Shown here: piece after piece, positions 1 to 13,901 of the stretch
Layout of the letters: the number at the start of each line of letters is the position of its first letter
Numbering within the stretch: position 1 is the stretch's first letter
NCBI RefSeq assembly: GCF_009914755.1
Contig: NC_060938.1
Origin: the human T2T-CHM13v2.0 reference genome, Homo sapiens
Length of the DNA stretch: 64,000 nucleotides
Direction: 5' to 3' (one strand)
The notes under the pieces: model-generated
What the model was told of the DNA's origin: nothing
Database searches by the model: none
Seen by the model: only the letters and a program-made list of their open reading frames with translations
Translations under genes and position numbers: made by a program

Positions 1-724
1 ATGCCTACATCTGTTCATAAATTGATATGGAGTCTTTTTAATGTACCTTTGCCATTATTAAATGTTATCTATCTTCAAAGAAAATACCAATAGATTGGAA
101 AATAAACTTGAGATGAGGAATTGCATGGAAAAGCCAATGATTTATGGCTATTTGCTTTCTTATACCTTTGAATTAGGTCCATCATAACCTTCTGTTTAAT
201 CTGAGACTGAGTTTTCAACAATTTATTAACAAATAAAAATATAATGAGTAGCTAAAATCAAGATATGACAAGGCACCAGAAGTCCAGGTTGACTCCCATA
301 TTTAATATAAATACCTTGATTATCCTTTTTTTTGTTATGTCAAATTATACTTCAGATCTTCATCTTAGAAAATTTGTCCACAAGATAATATAGGAATGCA
401 AAAGAGTAGAATATTGATTTATTTTCCTTCCTAGCAACCCAGAAGAATTTTGAGAATTGAGACTGAGGTCAGAAATGGATGGGAGAAAGCTCTTGGGGAG
501 AGGGTGGCAGAAAACCTAGTTGAAGATTTTGTGTGGCAGAGAAAGGCCAGGGGACCTGAAACATGATGATATCTAAAATGAAAATCCAAGGGCTTCATTT
601 ATCTCCCTAGGAATTTTTTTCATTATCACCAAATCTTTAATATGTCTGATAATTACCATAGCAGAGTGATGGTGCTGCTTTAGGGAATAAAGTGGAGATC
701 TTTCTTGAAATTTGGGGCATTGTC

Positions 725-1080
725 TGATATGGTTTGGCTCTTTGTCCCTACTCAAATCTCATCCTGCAGCTCCTGTAATTGCCACATGTTGTAGGAGGTA
801 CCCGGTAGGAGATAATTGAATCATGGGAGTGGGTCTTTCCCATTCTGTTCTTGTGATAGTGAATAAGTCTCACGAGATCTGATGATTTTAAAAACAGGAG
901 TTTCCCTGCACAAGCTCTCTTCTCTTGTCTGCTGCCATGTAAGACGTGACTTTCACCTTCCACCATCATTGTGAGGCCTCCCCAGCCACATAGAACTGTA
1001 AGTCCATTAAATCTCTTTCTTTTGTAAATTGCCCAGTCTTGGGTATGTCTTTATCAGCATCATAAAAACTGACTAATGCA
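725..1080 (+). mobile_element. THE1A solo LTR (ERVL-MaLR)
   Basis: Starts TGATATGGTTTGGCT and ends GACTAATGCA; THE1A-type 3' half (GTAAGTCCATTAAA...TTTTGTAAATTGCCCAGTC); perfect 5-bp TSD TTGTC at 720-724 and 1081-1085. Confidence 0.93.
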
Positions 1081-1081
1081 T

Positions 1082-1448
1082 TGTCTTAGTCCATTCTGGC
1101 TGCTACAACAAAATACCGTAAACTAGGTAGCTTATAAATAAAAGAAACTTATTTCTCATAGTTATGGAGTCTAGGAAATCCAAGACCAAGGTGCCAGAAA
1201 ATTGGATGTCTGGTGAGGGGCCACTTTCGTCTTCACAGAATGGTGCCTTCTTGCTATGTTCACACGTGGTGGAAGTGGCAAGGTGGCTCTCTGGGGCCTT
1301 TTTTATAAGGGCACTAATCCCATTCATAAGGGATCTGCCTTTGTTAACTAATCACCTCCCAAAGGCCCCTTCTCCTAATACTATCATATTGGGGGTTGGT
1401 TTTCAACATATGAATTTGGCAGGGAACACTAACATTCAGACCACATCA
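1082..1448 (-). mobile_element. MLT1A/MLT1A0 solo LTR (ERVL-MaLR)
   Basis: TGTCTTAGTCCATT...AACATTCAGACCACATCA is the reverse complement of the MLT1A LTR termini. Confidence 0.88.
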
Positions 1449-1609
1449 GGCTAGAAGCCCAGAGGGTACTGAGACAGCCAGTAGAGGTGTTGTTAAGATC
1501 ACTAGAAGAGATCTAGTATTTTAATAGAAGTAGGAATTCAAAACAAAAGAAGACATTTGAATGCAAACACTCTAGCCTGGCAATCCTCAAAAACACTGGG
1601 GAAGACACA

Positions 1610-2009
1610 TGTGGCGGTGATAAAATTACACTCATATCATCATTCAGCAGAAACTGCTGTGGGTTACAGTTGACTGACAGCGTCCACCTGACTCACCTGG
1701 GAGCCACAATGGTGCTCACATCCAAGCCATGCTTCCCTGAGCTGCTCTCGGCCAATGATTGAGCACAGTGTGGTTACTTAAACTGGGCTGTGCCTATCTG
1801 ACATTGGATTCTTCTAACAGCAACCTCTTGGGGTTGCTCTTGGGGTCTCCTCATCAGCCTGGCCATGACTTTCTTGGAACTGCACTGAAGTCTGAGGCTC
1901 TTCTTACCCCTTACTTTCTATCATCTGTCTTTACCCACGTGTCAGAGCTGCAGTGCAATCTGGAAGCTCTTCCTACCTGTCTGTTTCTTGGAGAACCTGA
2001 ACTGACACA
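1610..2009 (+). mobile_element. LTR16-family 5' LTR of a degenerate HERV16/ERVL provirus
   Basis: TGTGGCGG start, CCAATGATTGAGCACAG and GAACTGCACTGAAGTCTGAGGCTCTT cores, GAACTGACACA end, followed by the ERVL-type leader GGTACCAAGAGT. Confidence 0.8.
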
Positions 2010-2169
2010 AGAGGTACCAAGAGTAGGATCTGAGAAAACTGATAATAAGATGGAGTTTGGGACTGGCTCACTCACTGACTAGCTGGCATAAAGCCCTCTG
2101 GAATGTGGAAGGCGTAGTACAGTCTATAGCACAAAGTGAGAGCCCAGTGAAGAATTCCTCTATGGTGAC

Positions 2170-2507
2170 TATATTAGTCCATTTTCACACTGCTATAAAG
2201 AACTACCTGAGACTGGGTAATTTATGAAGAAAAGAGGTTTAATTGACTCACAGTTCTGCATGGCTGGAGAGACCTCAGGAGACTTACAATCATGGAGGAA
2301 GGTGAAGGGGAAGCAAGGCATGTTCTTACATGGTGGCAGAAGAGAGTGAGTGAAGAACACCACACACTTTTAAACCATCAGATCTTACGAAAACTCACTA
2401 TCATGAGAACAGCGTGGGGGAAACCTCCCAATGATCCAATCACCTCCCACCAGTTCCCTCACCTAATTTGTGAGATTTGGATGGGGACACAGAGCCAAAC
2501 CATATCA
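2170..2507 (-). mobile_element. THE1D/MSTA-type solo LTR nested in the HERV16 internal region
   Basis: TATATTAGTCC...CCAAACCATATCA; perfect TSD GTGAC at 2165-2169 and 2508-2512. Confidence 0.9.
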
Positions 2508-3130
2508 GTGACTTCGGACAATGCCCAGTCGATAGAAATGGTCTTGACAGTGCAATGATTCTGGCATGTGAAAGATATTGGAGAGTTACATCTCCATGCA
2601 GTAGAGTTCCCTTGATATTAATAAGCTGTATCAACACTCTATGATGAAATGAGAACCAGAAGGCAGTTAACAAACCATTAAAGGCTGAGTATGAGAGCCA
2701 CAGGGCCTTTCTAACAGCTTAAGAAGAGCTCTTTCTCTTCTGAAATGGAAGAATAAAAACAGCTGAGCAACAAACTAAAGATATAATAGAGTCACAGAGC
2801 TCCAGAGTTGTTTAAATCCTCAACTGAAGTAGTATCCTAGTTGGGAAAACCTGGAACCCTGGAATATGGGATGGTAATATTTGGGTGGATAACCTTGTGG
2901 AAGTTGGCCCTGCAGAGTCCCCTAAAGCCTCTGGACTTGCACAGGTTGCCCACCCTTCACTAATAGGCAACCATCACTCCTCCTAACACAAGCTGCGGCA
3001 GAGACCTATCTCTTGCAACAGATACACCGCTCAGGAGTTGCTCCCACTTCTTCTCTTGACTGCCAGAATGATAACTAGGGTTAAATCTCCACATGACCTG
3101 GCTAAGAACGTGCCATACCTGATAAGGGAA

Positions 3131-3737
3131 TGTATTAGTTGGAGTTTTCCAGAAAGAAAGAACCAATAGAAGACAGATAGATGGGTGGACAGATAGGTAG
3201 GTAGATGGGTAGATAGACAGATGGATAGATAGAGAGAGAGACAGAGAGAGAGTGGGGATTTCTTAGGGGAATGAGTCCACATGATTATAGCAGCTGAGAA
3301 GTCCCACTATAGCCCATCTGCAAGTTGGAGATCCAAGGATGCTAGTAGCATGGCTCAGTCTAAGTCCAAAAGCCTTAGAACCAGGGAAGCCAATGGTGTA
3401 ACTCTGTTCAAAGTTGAAAACCTGAAAACCCAAGAGAACACTGGTACAGTTCCTAGAGTCCAAAGGTCAGATAACCTGGAGTTCTGATGTCAAAGGACTG
3501 AAGAAGGGTTTCCCACCTCCAAGAGAACTAACACTTTCACCTTTCCCCTGCCTGGACCTGCAGCTGATCAGATGGTTCTCACCCACATTGAGGGTGGATT
3601 TCCCTGGCTTAATCTGCCAACTCTCATACCAATCTTCTCTGGAAACACCCTCTCAGACACACCCAGAAATAATGCTTTATGAGCTATCTAGGTATCCTTT
3701 AATCTAGTCAAGTTTACACCTAAAATTTAACATTACA
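3131..3737 (-). mobile_element. MLT2B-type solo LTR (HERVL) with internal GATA/GA microsatellite
   Basis: TGTATTAG...TTAACATTACA termini; GCTGAGAAGTCCCAC..CTGCAAG core; TSD GGGAA/GGGAG. Confidence 0.85.
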
Positions 3738-4135
3738 GGGAGAGTAGAAATTATACCCTGAAAGAGTAATAACAATTAGCTAGCATGTGCCATTCAAAAT
3801 AAGATTACCCCTGGAGTTGGATTTTGAAGATATTTGATCAAGAGAGTTGGTACAAAAAGAATGTTTAAGCAAGAGTTTATTGACTTTAGGGCTCTATCTC
3901 AGGATATACAATTTAATGCCCTAGTTAAGGCCCTAGGGGATCATGCAAACTCACTGTTAAGAGTGGCTCCTAGAAGGCTAGAGAATGTGATGATTGACCC
4001 CTAGTTTAGTGGAAAGGCCTGAGTTACTTTGGCAAGCAACAGAGATGAGATGAGAAAAACAAAATATAGAGGCTGGTAGAAGTGGGCATACTGAAATAGA
4101 TGTATCCCATGAAGCCAGAACACCCACCAGAAGAT

Positions 4136-4530
4136 ATGTTTAACCTGCTGCACCTTCAGATTTGTCTACTTACACTGAGACCACACTTCCCCTGGACTGT
4201 TCCCAGCCAATGGCTAAGTATAGTGTGGGTACTAGATCTGGGTCTGCCCAATGATGAATTCTTCTAACAGGAAACCTTTGCTCAGAGATTTCTCATTGGC
4301 CTAGCCAAGACTTTCTCAGAACTGCACTGAAGTTTAGTGTCTTCCTACCTAATCCTTCCTTTTTGCTCTCATTGCATAGATCTTAGGCCTAGATTTCGCT
4401 TTGAAGTATCTCTCTACCTATTTCTGCTCCCTTTTCACTTCATTCTTCACAAGCATTTTCCTCAATGAGTATCTTGCATGTTTAATCCTGTCTTGGTCTG
4501 CTTCTCAGAGGATGTGAGTTGCCAAAGCAC
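4136..4530 (+). mobile_element. LTR16-family 3' LTR (5'-truncated)
   Basis: Shares CCAATG..AGTGTGG, TTCTTCTAACAG and GAACTGCACTGAAGT with 1610-2009; ends TCTTGGTCTGCTTCTCAGAGGA. Confidence 0.78.
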
Positions 4531-4869
4531 ATAACTCAGTTGCATATGATGAGGGAATCAAATTACAATTTTGATATTTAAGGACACTAGAAGGCTGGTG
4601 GATTTAAGGATTATCAGATCACATTAATTATGGTATCTTTCACAGCCACAATATCTTTTGCATTTTTAAAGTCATAAAGTTTTAGGGCTAGATTAGGATG
4701 ATGGAAAGGTCAAAATGCTAATCCTGCTTCTGTTGGTAGCAACCTTAAAACACACTGAATGAATAAAAAGATTTTAGGAATACTGCCATTGATTATGTCC
4801 TTTTCCTGTATTCCCAACTCCTCTCACACACAGTACCTTACACATTATATATGTTGGTATTATTTGTAA

Positions 4870-7310
4870 TCAACATGTAGTTGGTTCTTGCTTTTTATCA
4901 AATCTGTCACTGCCTTTTTGATGGGGTGTTTAGATTATTTCCATTTAATGTATTTATTAATATATTTAGATTTACATTTGCTATTTGTTTTTCATATATT
5001 ACTCATTTTTTGGTTCTTCCATCCCTCCTTGACTTTTGTGTTAAATAATTTTTTAATTTACCATTTTAATTTCCTTGCTTTTTAAAGTTTATATTTTTAA
5101 TTTATTTTCTTAGTGGTTAGTCTTGTGATTAAAATATGCATCTTACCTTACCGCATGTACTTTAGATTAATACTAATTTAATTCCAAGAAAATACAGAAA
5201 CTTTGCTTCCATATCACCCTATTCCCTACTCACTCCTTTGTGATATCATTGTCATATCTTACATATATGTAATACATTCAAAATGCAATGTTAAAATTAT
5301 TTCTTTATGCTATCCTGTGTATTCTAAGCAAATTAAAAGATGATATGAGAACATATATATTTATGGAATCTCTTATATTAACCCACATTTCGCCACTTCT
5401 GGTGTTCTTTTTTTTCTGTGGATTTGAGTCACCATCTGGAATCATTTTCTTTCAGTCTAAATAATTTTCTTTGATGTTTTTTGTATTTCCTTATAAGACA
5501 TTGGTTGTTGGCAGTCAATTCCCTCAATCTTTGTCTTAGAATGTCTCAATTTCACACTCATTTCTAAAGCATAGATTTGCTGAATATAGAATTATTGGTC
5601 AAGAGGGTTTTTTTTTCCCTCTCTTTCTGCATTTTGTTATTGCACTACACTCTGGCCCCCATCGTTTCAGAAAAGAAGTCAGTTGCTATTATTGTGGTTT
5701 TCTTGTACATGAGTCACCTTTTTCTCACTGTTTTCATGATTTTATCTTTGTCTTTGGCCTTTAATAGTCTGTCTAGGATATAACTAGGTATGGGTATCTT
5801 ATCTTGCTTAGGCTTTATTGAGCTTCTTGGATGTGTAAACTAATGTTTTTCATCCAGTTTGGGAAGTTTTAAGCCTTTGTTTTCTTAAATGTTTTTGTGT
5901 TTGTTTCTATCCCCTCCTTCTTGGACTCTCATTACACATATGTTGGTATGCTAGGTGTTGTCCATATTTATTAGGCTTTGTTCATTTTTCTTCAGTAATT
6001 CTTTTATCTCTTTTCTTCAGATTTGATCATTTATATTGATTTATCTTAAAATTCATTGATTCTTTCTTTTGCCATATCAAATTTCATGTTGAATACTTGT
6101 AGTGAGTTTTTCAACCTGGTTACTGTGCTTCCAACACTAAAATTTCCACACAAAAAAATTCCTGTCTTATGATTGAGAATCTCCATTTGTTTGTTCATTG
6201 TTGTCATATGTTAAACATGGTTTTCTCTATTTCTGTAAGCATTTATATTAGCTGCTTTGAAGTCTTTTCTGCTAAATCCAATACCCGGGAACACTTGGAG
6301 TTTTTATTGACTGCTATATTTCCTGATTATTGGTCACATTTTCCTGTTTCTTCTTGTGTCTCATTGTTTTTGTTGAAATCTGGACATTTTATATAATATG
6401 TTGAAGCAGCTCTGGATTCTGATTTTTATTCTCCCTGCAGCCTGTTTTTGAGAGTTTTTGTTTGTTTCTTTGTTGAGTAACTTACCTAGGCTACATCTAT
6501 GGAATCTGTTTGCTTTGTGATTTGTGACTGCTGATATCTCTGCTTAATGTTTTCTTTGTTTCATTTCATTTCATATTTTAGTTTTTTTTTTAAACTTGCT
6601 TCCTTGGAGCTGTCCCTGTGTCTATGTTGCTTTGATTAGACATTGGTTGGATAGAAGTTGTCCTCATCCACTTCAAGCCGATAAATTTGTGTGTGAGCAA
6701 AGGAAGGATCAGCTAAAGTTTATGCCATTTTCAAGTATGCCTAGGCTTTTACTCTGCTGGACCCTTTTGCGTCTTCTATATACATGTGTTCAGCTTCAGG
6801 GTTGGCCAGGCATGTGTAGTTAGTTCGAGTTTTCTCCATTATCTTCTGCACATGAACACAATTAAGCAAAGAATATGCCTTCTCCGACCATGACTACAAC
6901 TCCAGGCTTGTACGACAGTGGGCCTTCCCTAGTCCGCCACTGTATGGGATTTTCATTTGTACTGACATCACTGATGAGTGTGGGCTTTTCTCACTACACC
7001 AAATGGAGTGAGCCCCTCACCAGTCAGAAAAATTATTGTCCTTCATGACCTGCCCTGCCCTGAAAAATCTCCTTGTTGGCTGAGTGTGGGAAGATATGGG
7101 AGTAGCCCAAGTTCAGAACACCAGAGATTTCCAGTGTTCATAACCAAAGTTAAGTAGATTTTCAGATATAAATGCTTCTCAGATTGCTCCACACCTTTGT
7201 TCGTTTCCAGATTGCTAAAATAATTATTTTTGCCAATTTTGTCCAGCTTTATAGTTGCTTTCTAGGGAGAGGATTTACCAGTCTCTTCACTTGGCAATAG
7301 CTGGGAGCCT
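4870..7310 (-). mobile_element. Ancient L1M (L1MC/MD/ME-like) 5'UTR-ORF1-interORF fragment
   Basis: T-rich antisense L1 ORF1 motifs (GAGCTTCTTGGATGTGTA, CAGTTTGGGAAGTTTT) and L1M 5'-end signature AATTTTGTCCAGCTTTATAGTTGCTTT. Confidence 0.7.
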
Positions 7311-7892
7311 CATCTCTACAAGAGCTTTTTAATTGCTATTTATGATCCTAGTCTTTCTCTTCTCGGAACTCCATACTGACATCTAAATAATCACTCATAT
7401 TATACAAATCTGATTGTCTCTCTCTTATAACTTAAATCCTTCAATGGCTTTCCATTTTCCACAGAATAAACTCCTTATAAGACCCAGAATAATCTGGATC
7501 CTGCTTGCTTCTCTTTTTCATCACTACCCTCTAAAACCCTTTGCTCTGACCAGACTGAACATCACTCATGCCATACTTTCTTTTATCCCTGGAACTCAGC
7601 ATGTATTCCTTCTCCTTGCAATGCTCACAGCCTAACTCAAACTCCTTCTTTCCTCCTAGGTCTTATTTTCCTGGCTGACTCCTATTGACCCTTCATATTT
7701 CAGTTTAGATATCATTTTCTGCCAGGATCACCTTTACCATACCCCACTTCATTCTATAGTTTGTGTTCCTATAATCTGCTATATTTTCCTGATTCTAGAC
7801 TTGATTACACTGTTGTTGCCATTGCTGTCTAATTGTCTCCTCCACTAGAATACCAACTCCATGGGTGCAGAAACTGCAGCTTTATGTTTATT

Positions 7893-8219
<327 letters not shown>

Positions 8220-8311
8220 CCATCGTTGTATTCTTAGCACTGAGACCAATGTCTGTTAGACTCTGCAAACACTTTTTAATTGATAACAAATGATTGAAAG
8301 CCTGATTAGAT

Positions 8312-8527
8312 CACAGGCCAGAAAACCTTTTCTGTAAAGGTCCCCAGTAGTAAATATTTTAGGCTTTGCGGACCACAAAAATCCCATTATAAGTATTTCA
8401 CTTCTGCTATTAAAGTATAAATGCAGCCATAGAAAATATGTAAATGAATAAGCATGGCTTTGTTCCAGTAAGACTTTATTTATAAAAGCCAACATCTGGC
8501 CTGCAGGCTGTAGTCTGCAAATACCTG
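8312..8527 (-). mobile_element. MER58A (hAT-Charlie MITE)
   Basis: TTTTCTGTAAAGG..GTAAATATTTTAGGCTTTGCGG..GCAGCCATAGA; 8-bp TSD GATTAGAT/GATTAAAT. Confidence 0.88.
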
Positions 8528-8855
8528 GATTAAATGAATGAAGGAAACAATGATAGGTGATTTTAAAATGTTTGAATTAATTGAAATAAACTCTGGCTTG
8601 TAGTTCTTCTGTAAATAATGAAAACCTATTTTCTTTACCTTTGGTCTAATCAAGAAAAAAGTCATTAGCATTTTCTACATAACAATCCACTATCAGAAAT
8701 AACAATTATGTCATTTTATATTTTAGTATTCACAAAACACTGTCACTTGGGTCACAGAGGATGTTGAGTTCTTTGTCTCTCTACATTTAGTCTTCTGTCT
8801 TTTCTTACTTTTTATTATATCACATAATCCATGTCACAAAATTAGCCAAAGAAAT

Positions 8856-11217
8856 TGATATGGCTTGGCTCTGGGTCCCTACCCAAATCTCATGTTGAAT
8901 TGCAATTCCCAATGTTGGGGGAAGGACCTGGTGGGAGGTGATTGGATCATGGGCGTGGATTTCCCCCATGCTGTTCTCATGATAGTGAGTGAGTTCTCAT
9001 GCAATCTGATGGTTTAAAAGTGTGTGGCACTTTCCCCTTCACACTCGCTCTCTCCTGCCACTGTGTGAAGAGGTGCTTGTTTCCCCTTTTCCTTCCACCA
9101 TGATTGTAAGTTTCCTGAGGCCTCTTCAGCCATGCCTCCTGTACAGCCTGTTGAACTGTAAGTCAATTAAACCTATTTTCTTTATAAACTACCCAGCATT
9201 AGGTAGTTCTTTATAGCAATATTAGAATAGACTAATAGAGAAAACTGGTACCAGAGAAGAGGGGAATTCTTATAAAGATACTTGAAAATATGGAAGCAAC
9301 TTTGAAACTGGCAGAGATTGTAACAGTTTGGTGAGCTCAGAAGAAAATGGAAAGATGAGAACTTTATACAGACTTGTTGAATGATTGTAACCAAAATGGT
9401 GATAGTGTTATGGACAGTGAAGTCCAGGCTGAGGAGGTCTTAGATGGAGATGAGGAACTTATTGGGAACTGCAGTAAAGGTCACTCTTGCTATGCTTGCA
9501 GAGAGACTGGCAGCATTGTGCCTCTGCTCTAGAGATCTGTGGAACTTTGAACTTGAGACAGATGATTTTGGGTATCTGGAAAAAGAAATTTCTAAGAGCA
9601 AAGCATTAAAGATATGACCTGGCTGCTTCTAACAAAATACACTCATATGCATTTGCAAGAAGATGTTCTGAAATTGGAACTTATATTTAAAAGGCAAGCA
9701 AAGCATGAAAGTTTAGAAAATTTGCAACCTGGCCATGGGGTAGGAAAGAAAAACCTATTTTCTGGGAAGAAATTTAAGCCAGCTGTAGAAGGTTGCTTCA
9801 GTAAAGAGGAGCCTAATGTTAATACTCAAGACAATGGGGGAAATGCCTCCAGGGCATTTCAAAGACCTTCACAGCAGCCCCTCCTATCACAAGCCTAGGG
9901 GCCTAGGAGGGAAAAATGGTTTCATGGGCCAGGCCCAGGGACCTGCTACTCTGCAGCTTTGGGACATGGCAGTCTGCATTGTGGCCACTCAAGCTCCAGC
10001 CATTGTTAAGATGGGCCAAAGTACAGCTCAGGCCATTGCTTCAGAGGGTTCAAGCCCCAAGCCTTAGTGGTTTCCATGTTGTGTTGGGCCTGTGGGTATG
10101 CAGAAGGCTAGAGTTGAGGTTTGGGAGCATCTGCCTAGATTTCAGAGGATGTGTGGAAACACCTGGATGTCCAGGCAAAGTTTGCTGCAGGGGTGGGGTC
10201 CTCATGGAGAACCTCTACTAGGGCAGTGCAGAGGGGGAAATGTGGGGTTGGAGCCCCCGCAAAAAATACCCACTGGAGCACTACTTAATAAAAGCTGTGA
10301 GAAGAGGGCCACCATCCTCCAGACTCCAGAAGGGTAGATCTATTGACAGCTTGCATTGTGTGCCTGGAAAAGCCATAAACATTCAATGCCAGGCCATGAA
10401 AACAGTTGCAGGTTTTGTGCCTTGCAGAGCCACAGGGGCAGACCAGCCCAAGGCCTTGGAAGCCCACCCCTTCCATCAGTGTGCCCTGGATGTGAGACAT
10501 AGAGTCAAAGGAGATTATTTTGGAGCTTCAAGATTAAATGACTGCCCTGCTGGGTTTTGGACTTGCATGGGGCTGCAGGCCCCTTTGTTTTGGCCAATTT
10601 CTTCCATTGGAATGGGAGCATTTGCTCAATGCCTGTACCCACATTGTATCTTGGAAGGACTACCTTGTTTTTTATTTTTCAGGCTCATAGGCAGAAGGGA
10701 CTTGCCTTTTCTTGGATATGACTTTGGACTTCGAGTTTTGGGTTAATGCTAGAATGAGTTAAGACTCTGGAGGACTATTGGGAAGGCATGATTGGTTTTG
10801 AAATGTGAAAAGGACATGAGGTTTGGGTGGAGCCAGGGGTGGAATGATATGGTTTGGCTGTGTCCCCACCCAAATCTCATTTTGAACTGTAATCCCCACC
10901 TGTTGAGGGAGGGACCTGGTGGAAGGTGATTGGATCATGGGGGATGTTTACCCCATGCTTTTCTCATGATAGTGAGTTTTCATGAGATCTGATGGCTTAA
11001 AAGTCTGTGGCATGTCCCTCTTTGCTGTCTTTCCTGCTGCCATGTGAAGACATGCTTGCTTCCCCTTCTCCCTTCTGCCATGGCTATAAGTTTCCTGAGG
11101 GCTTCTAGCCATGCTTCCTGTACAGCTATAAAACTGTGAATCAATTAAACCTCTTTTCTGCATAAATTGCTCAGTCTCAGGTAGTTCTTTATAGCAGTGT
11201 GAGAATGGACTAATATG
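8856..11217 (+). mobile_element. Full-length MSTA-type MaLR provirus: 5' LTR 8856-9239, internal 9240-10844, 3' LTR 10845-11217
   Basis: Two direct LTRs starting TGATATGG; internal region begins GAAAACTGGTACCAG; perfect TSD GAAAT at 8851-8855 and 11218-11222. Confidence 0.93.
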
Positions 11218-11909
11218 GAAATCAAGATAGTTATTGTATATGGCTAAAGGACAGTGTATCCAGTACACTGAGTTTAGTAGTCAAGAATTATGAAGAAATA
11301 TGCCAATTTAAAAATAAAAACTTAGTATATTGAGTCTTTGTCTATCTGCCATATCATATTTTATATTTGGTACTGTTTCTTTTTCTTGATTTTGACTGCT
11401 TCATAATACCATATTTTACATTCATGTATTTACTTTTCAAACAATGCAGTTAATAAAATAAATAAGAATTGGTGCATTATTAGATGATACCTGCATTTTA
11501 ACAATCATTGTATTCTGTTATATGAATTGACATGTATAATTATAAAGAAATCCTACTTTAGTTAAGAAATATTTTTATAATTACTAGCAATTATGTAGTA
11601 TTGTGGAGACTACTCATTATATTTTTTATAAAACTGGATTAGCATTTCCACTTTTGATCAGGTGTTGGTCTTGTGCCCTAAATGTACATGCAAAAGGAAG
11701 CAGAATATTGAAATTAATAAGAAACATCTGAATACACTTAAATTCATATTATTTATGGACTTTAAAAATTAGCCTTCTCTGATTTCACATCCAAGAAGTG
11801 TTTAGTCACTTAAGAAATAAGATGTCTTATTCAGCGTTATTATTAAACATATTTTTTATGAAACAAAAAGTTTTCTTAACTATTTTGTAGAATTTTTCAA
11901 ATTATTTAG

Positions 11910-12223
<314 letters not shown>

Positions 12224-13584
12224 TAGATGCAATCCTTTACCTGTAAAGAAACATATATTGACAGTTAATGTAACTGGAATTTTATTATTGGTGTCAAGAA
12301 AAATCTGATGCCATATGTGAACTCACCTTTTACTTTTGGGGAAATGTCATGAAAAACTGAAGGGGAGCAAGGGTTGATTACCTGGATAATCTTGCCTCTA
12401 GCAATCTTGGGCAAAAGGCCAATGATCTTGCATTTACATCAGGTACTTCACGATCAACTGATTCATGATGGGTAGCTGAATTGATGATTTGTTTTATCTT
12501 AGTGGTTCATTTAATTCTACTCATTAGAGTTTAGTGGAAGGCTTTTCTAAAAACACAGCAATTAGTCCTGGAAAATTGTGTAAATAAAAAATATTTATCT
12601 CAACATGAGATTTAATAAATATTGCATTTTGGAATGAAGAGCTTCTAATTAAAAGGGAGGCCACATGTCTTCATCTGCACACAAAAGTATCTGAGAACCA
12701 ACTGGAACTCTATCTGTATAAATTCACCAGCATATACAACAGTACAAACAGGCTGCTTCTTCCAAATGAATTTGTATGCACACAAATTGAGATAATGTTC
12801 CCTATCTTACAATGGCATTTCTGAAATCTCTATTTTAATAGTTATCACTCACAAAAAGAGTTTTATGGTCAATTACATTGTGATATCCTCAGATAAACAG
12901 AATAAGGTAGTTGGCTTTCTTTCTAACTATTTTTCAGATCCATCTACTTTCTTTCCAACTGCTTCTTAGTGGAACTTCCCAGATTCATGAATATGCCAAA
13001 ATGTACAGTGGACTGTCAAGAGAGGTGCATAGTGTATATTTTATAACTTATTTGGCCATGGAACACCATTTTCCTCTAAATACCCATTATCACGATGAGT
13101 GATTATTCCTTTACAAAATAAGATGGGAAGACTCTTTCATAACATAACTTTCTAATAACTGCTTATGATCACTTATATCCTATTGTCTTATTGTTTTTGT
13201 GGCATCTTAAAAATAATTTTGGACTTAGAGTAAAGTTGCAATAATCATACAAAACAATCTTGTTTACTCTTTGCCCAGATTTCTCAATTGTTAACATTTT
13301 GTCACATTATTTTTTCCTTCTCCTCTCTCTTTTCCTCACCTGCCCCTCTCTATCCTGTCCCTCATGAACCATTTGAATGTAGTATCTTGCTACTCCAGTG
13401 ACCAGCATGGTGCCCAAAACATGATAGGAACTTATTAAACAATTGATGATTAGTGAATAACATCTTTCAAAATTATATCTAAACAAAGTTAAATTATAAG
13501 AGGCTACCCTGGAACAATATTTAAGTGTGAAGTTTTTATCTATTATGAAAGGCCAGCAAATTGATTTTAAAAGTGAGAAATATT

Positions 13585-13901
<317 letters not shown>

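Larger units (their letters stand above)
2010..4135 (+). mobile_element. HERV16/ERVL internal (gag-like) remnant interrupted by two younger LTRs
   Basis: Lies between two LTR16 copies; TGGGAAAACCTGGAACCCTGGAATATGGGATGGTAATATTTGGGTGGAT resembles the ERVL gag GK.W.P..W.G.IW.D motif; no open frame. Confidence 0.65.

Noticed and set aside
977-989. PRDM9 hotspot motif in THE1A
   Set aside because: The sequence is CCTCCCCAGCCAC, the common form lacking the T of CCTCCCTAGCCAC associated with hotspots
9614-10746. Cluster of ORFs up to 168 aa
   Set aside because: Frameshifted fragments of the MSTA internal region, not a host gene
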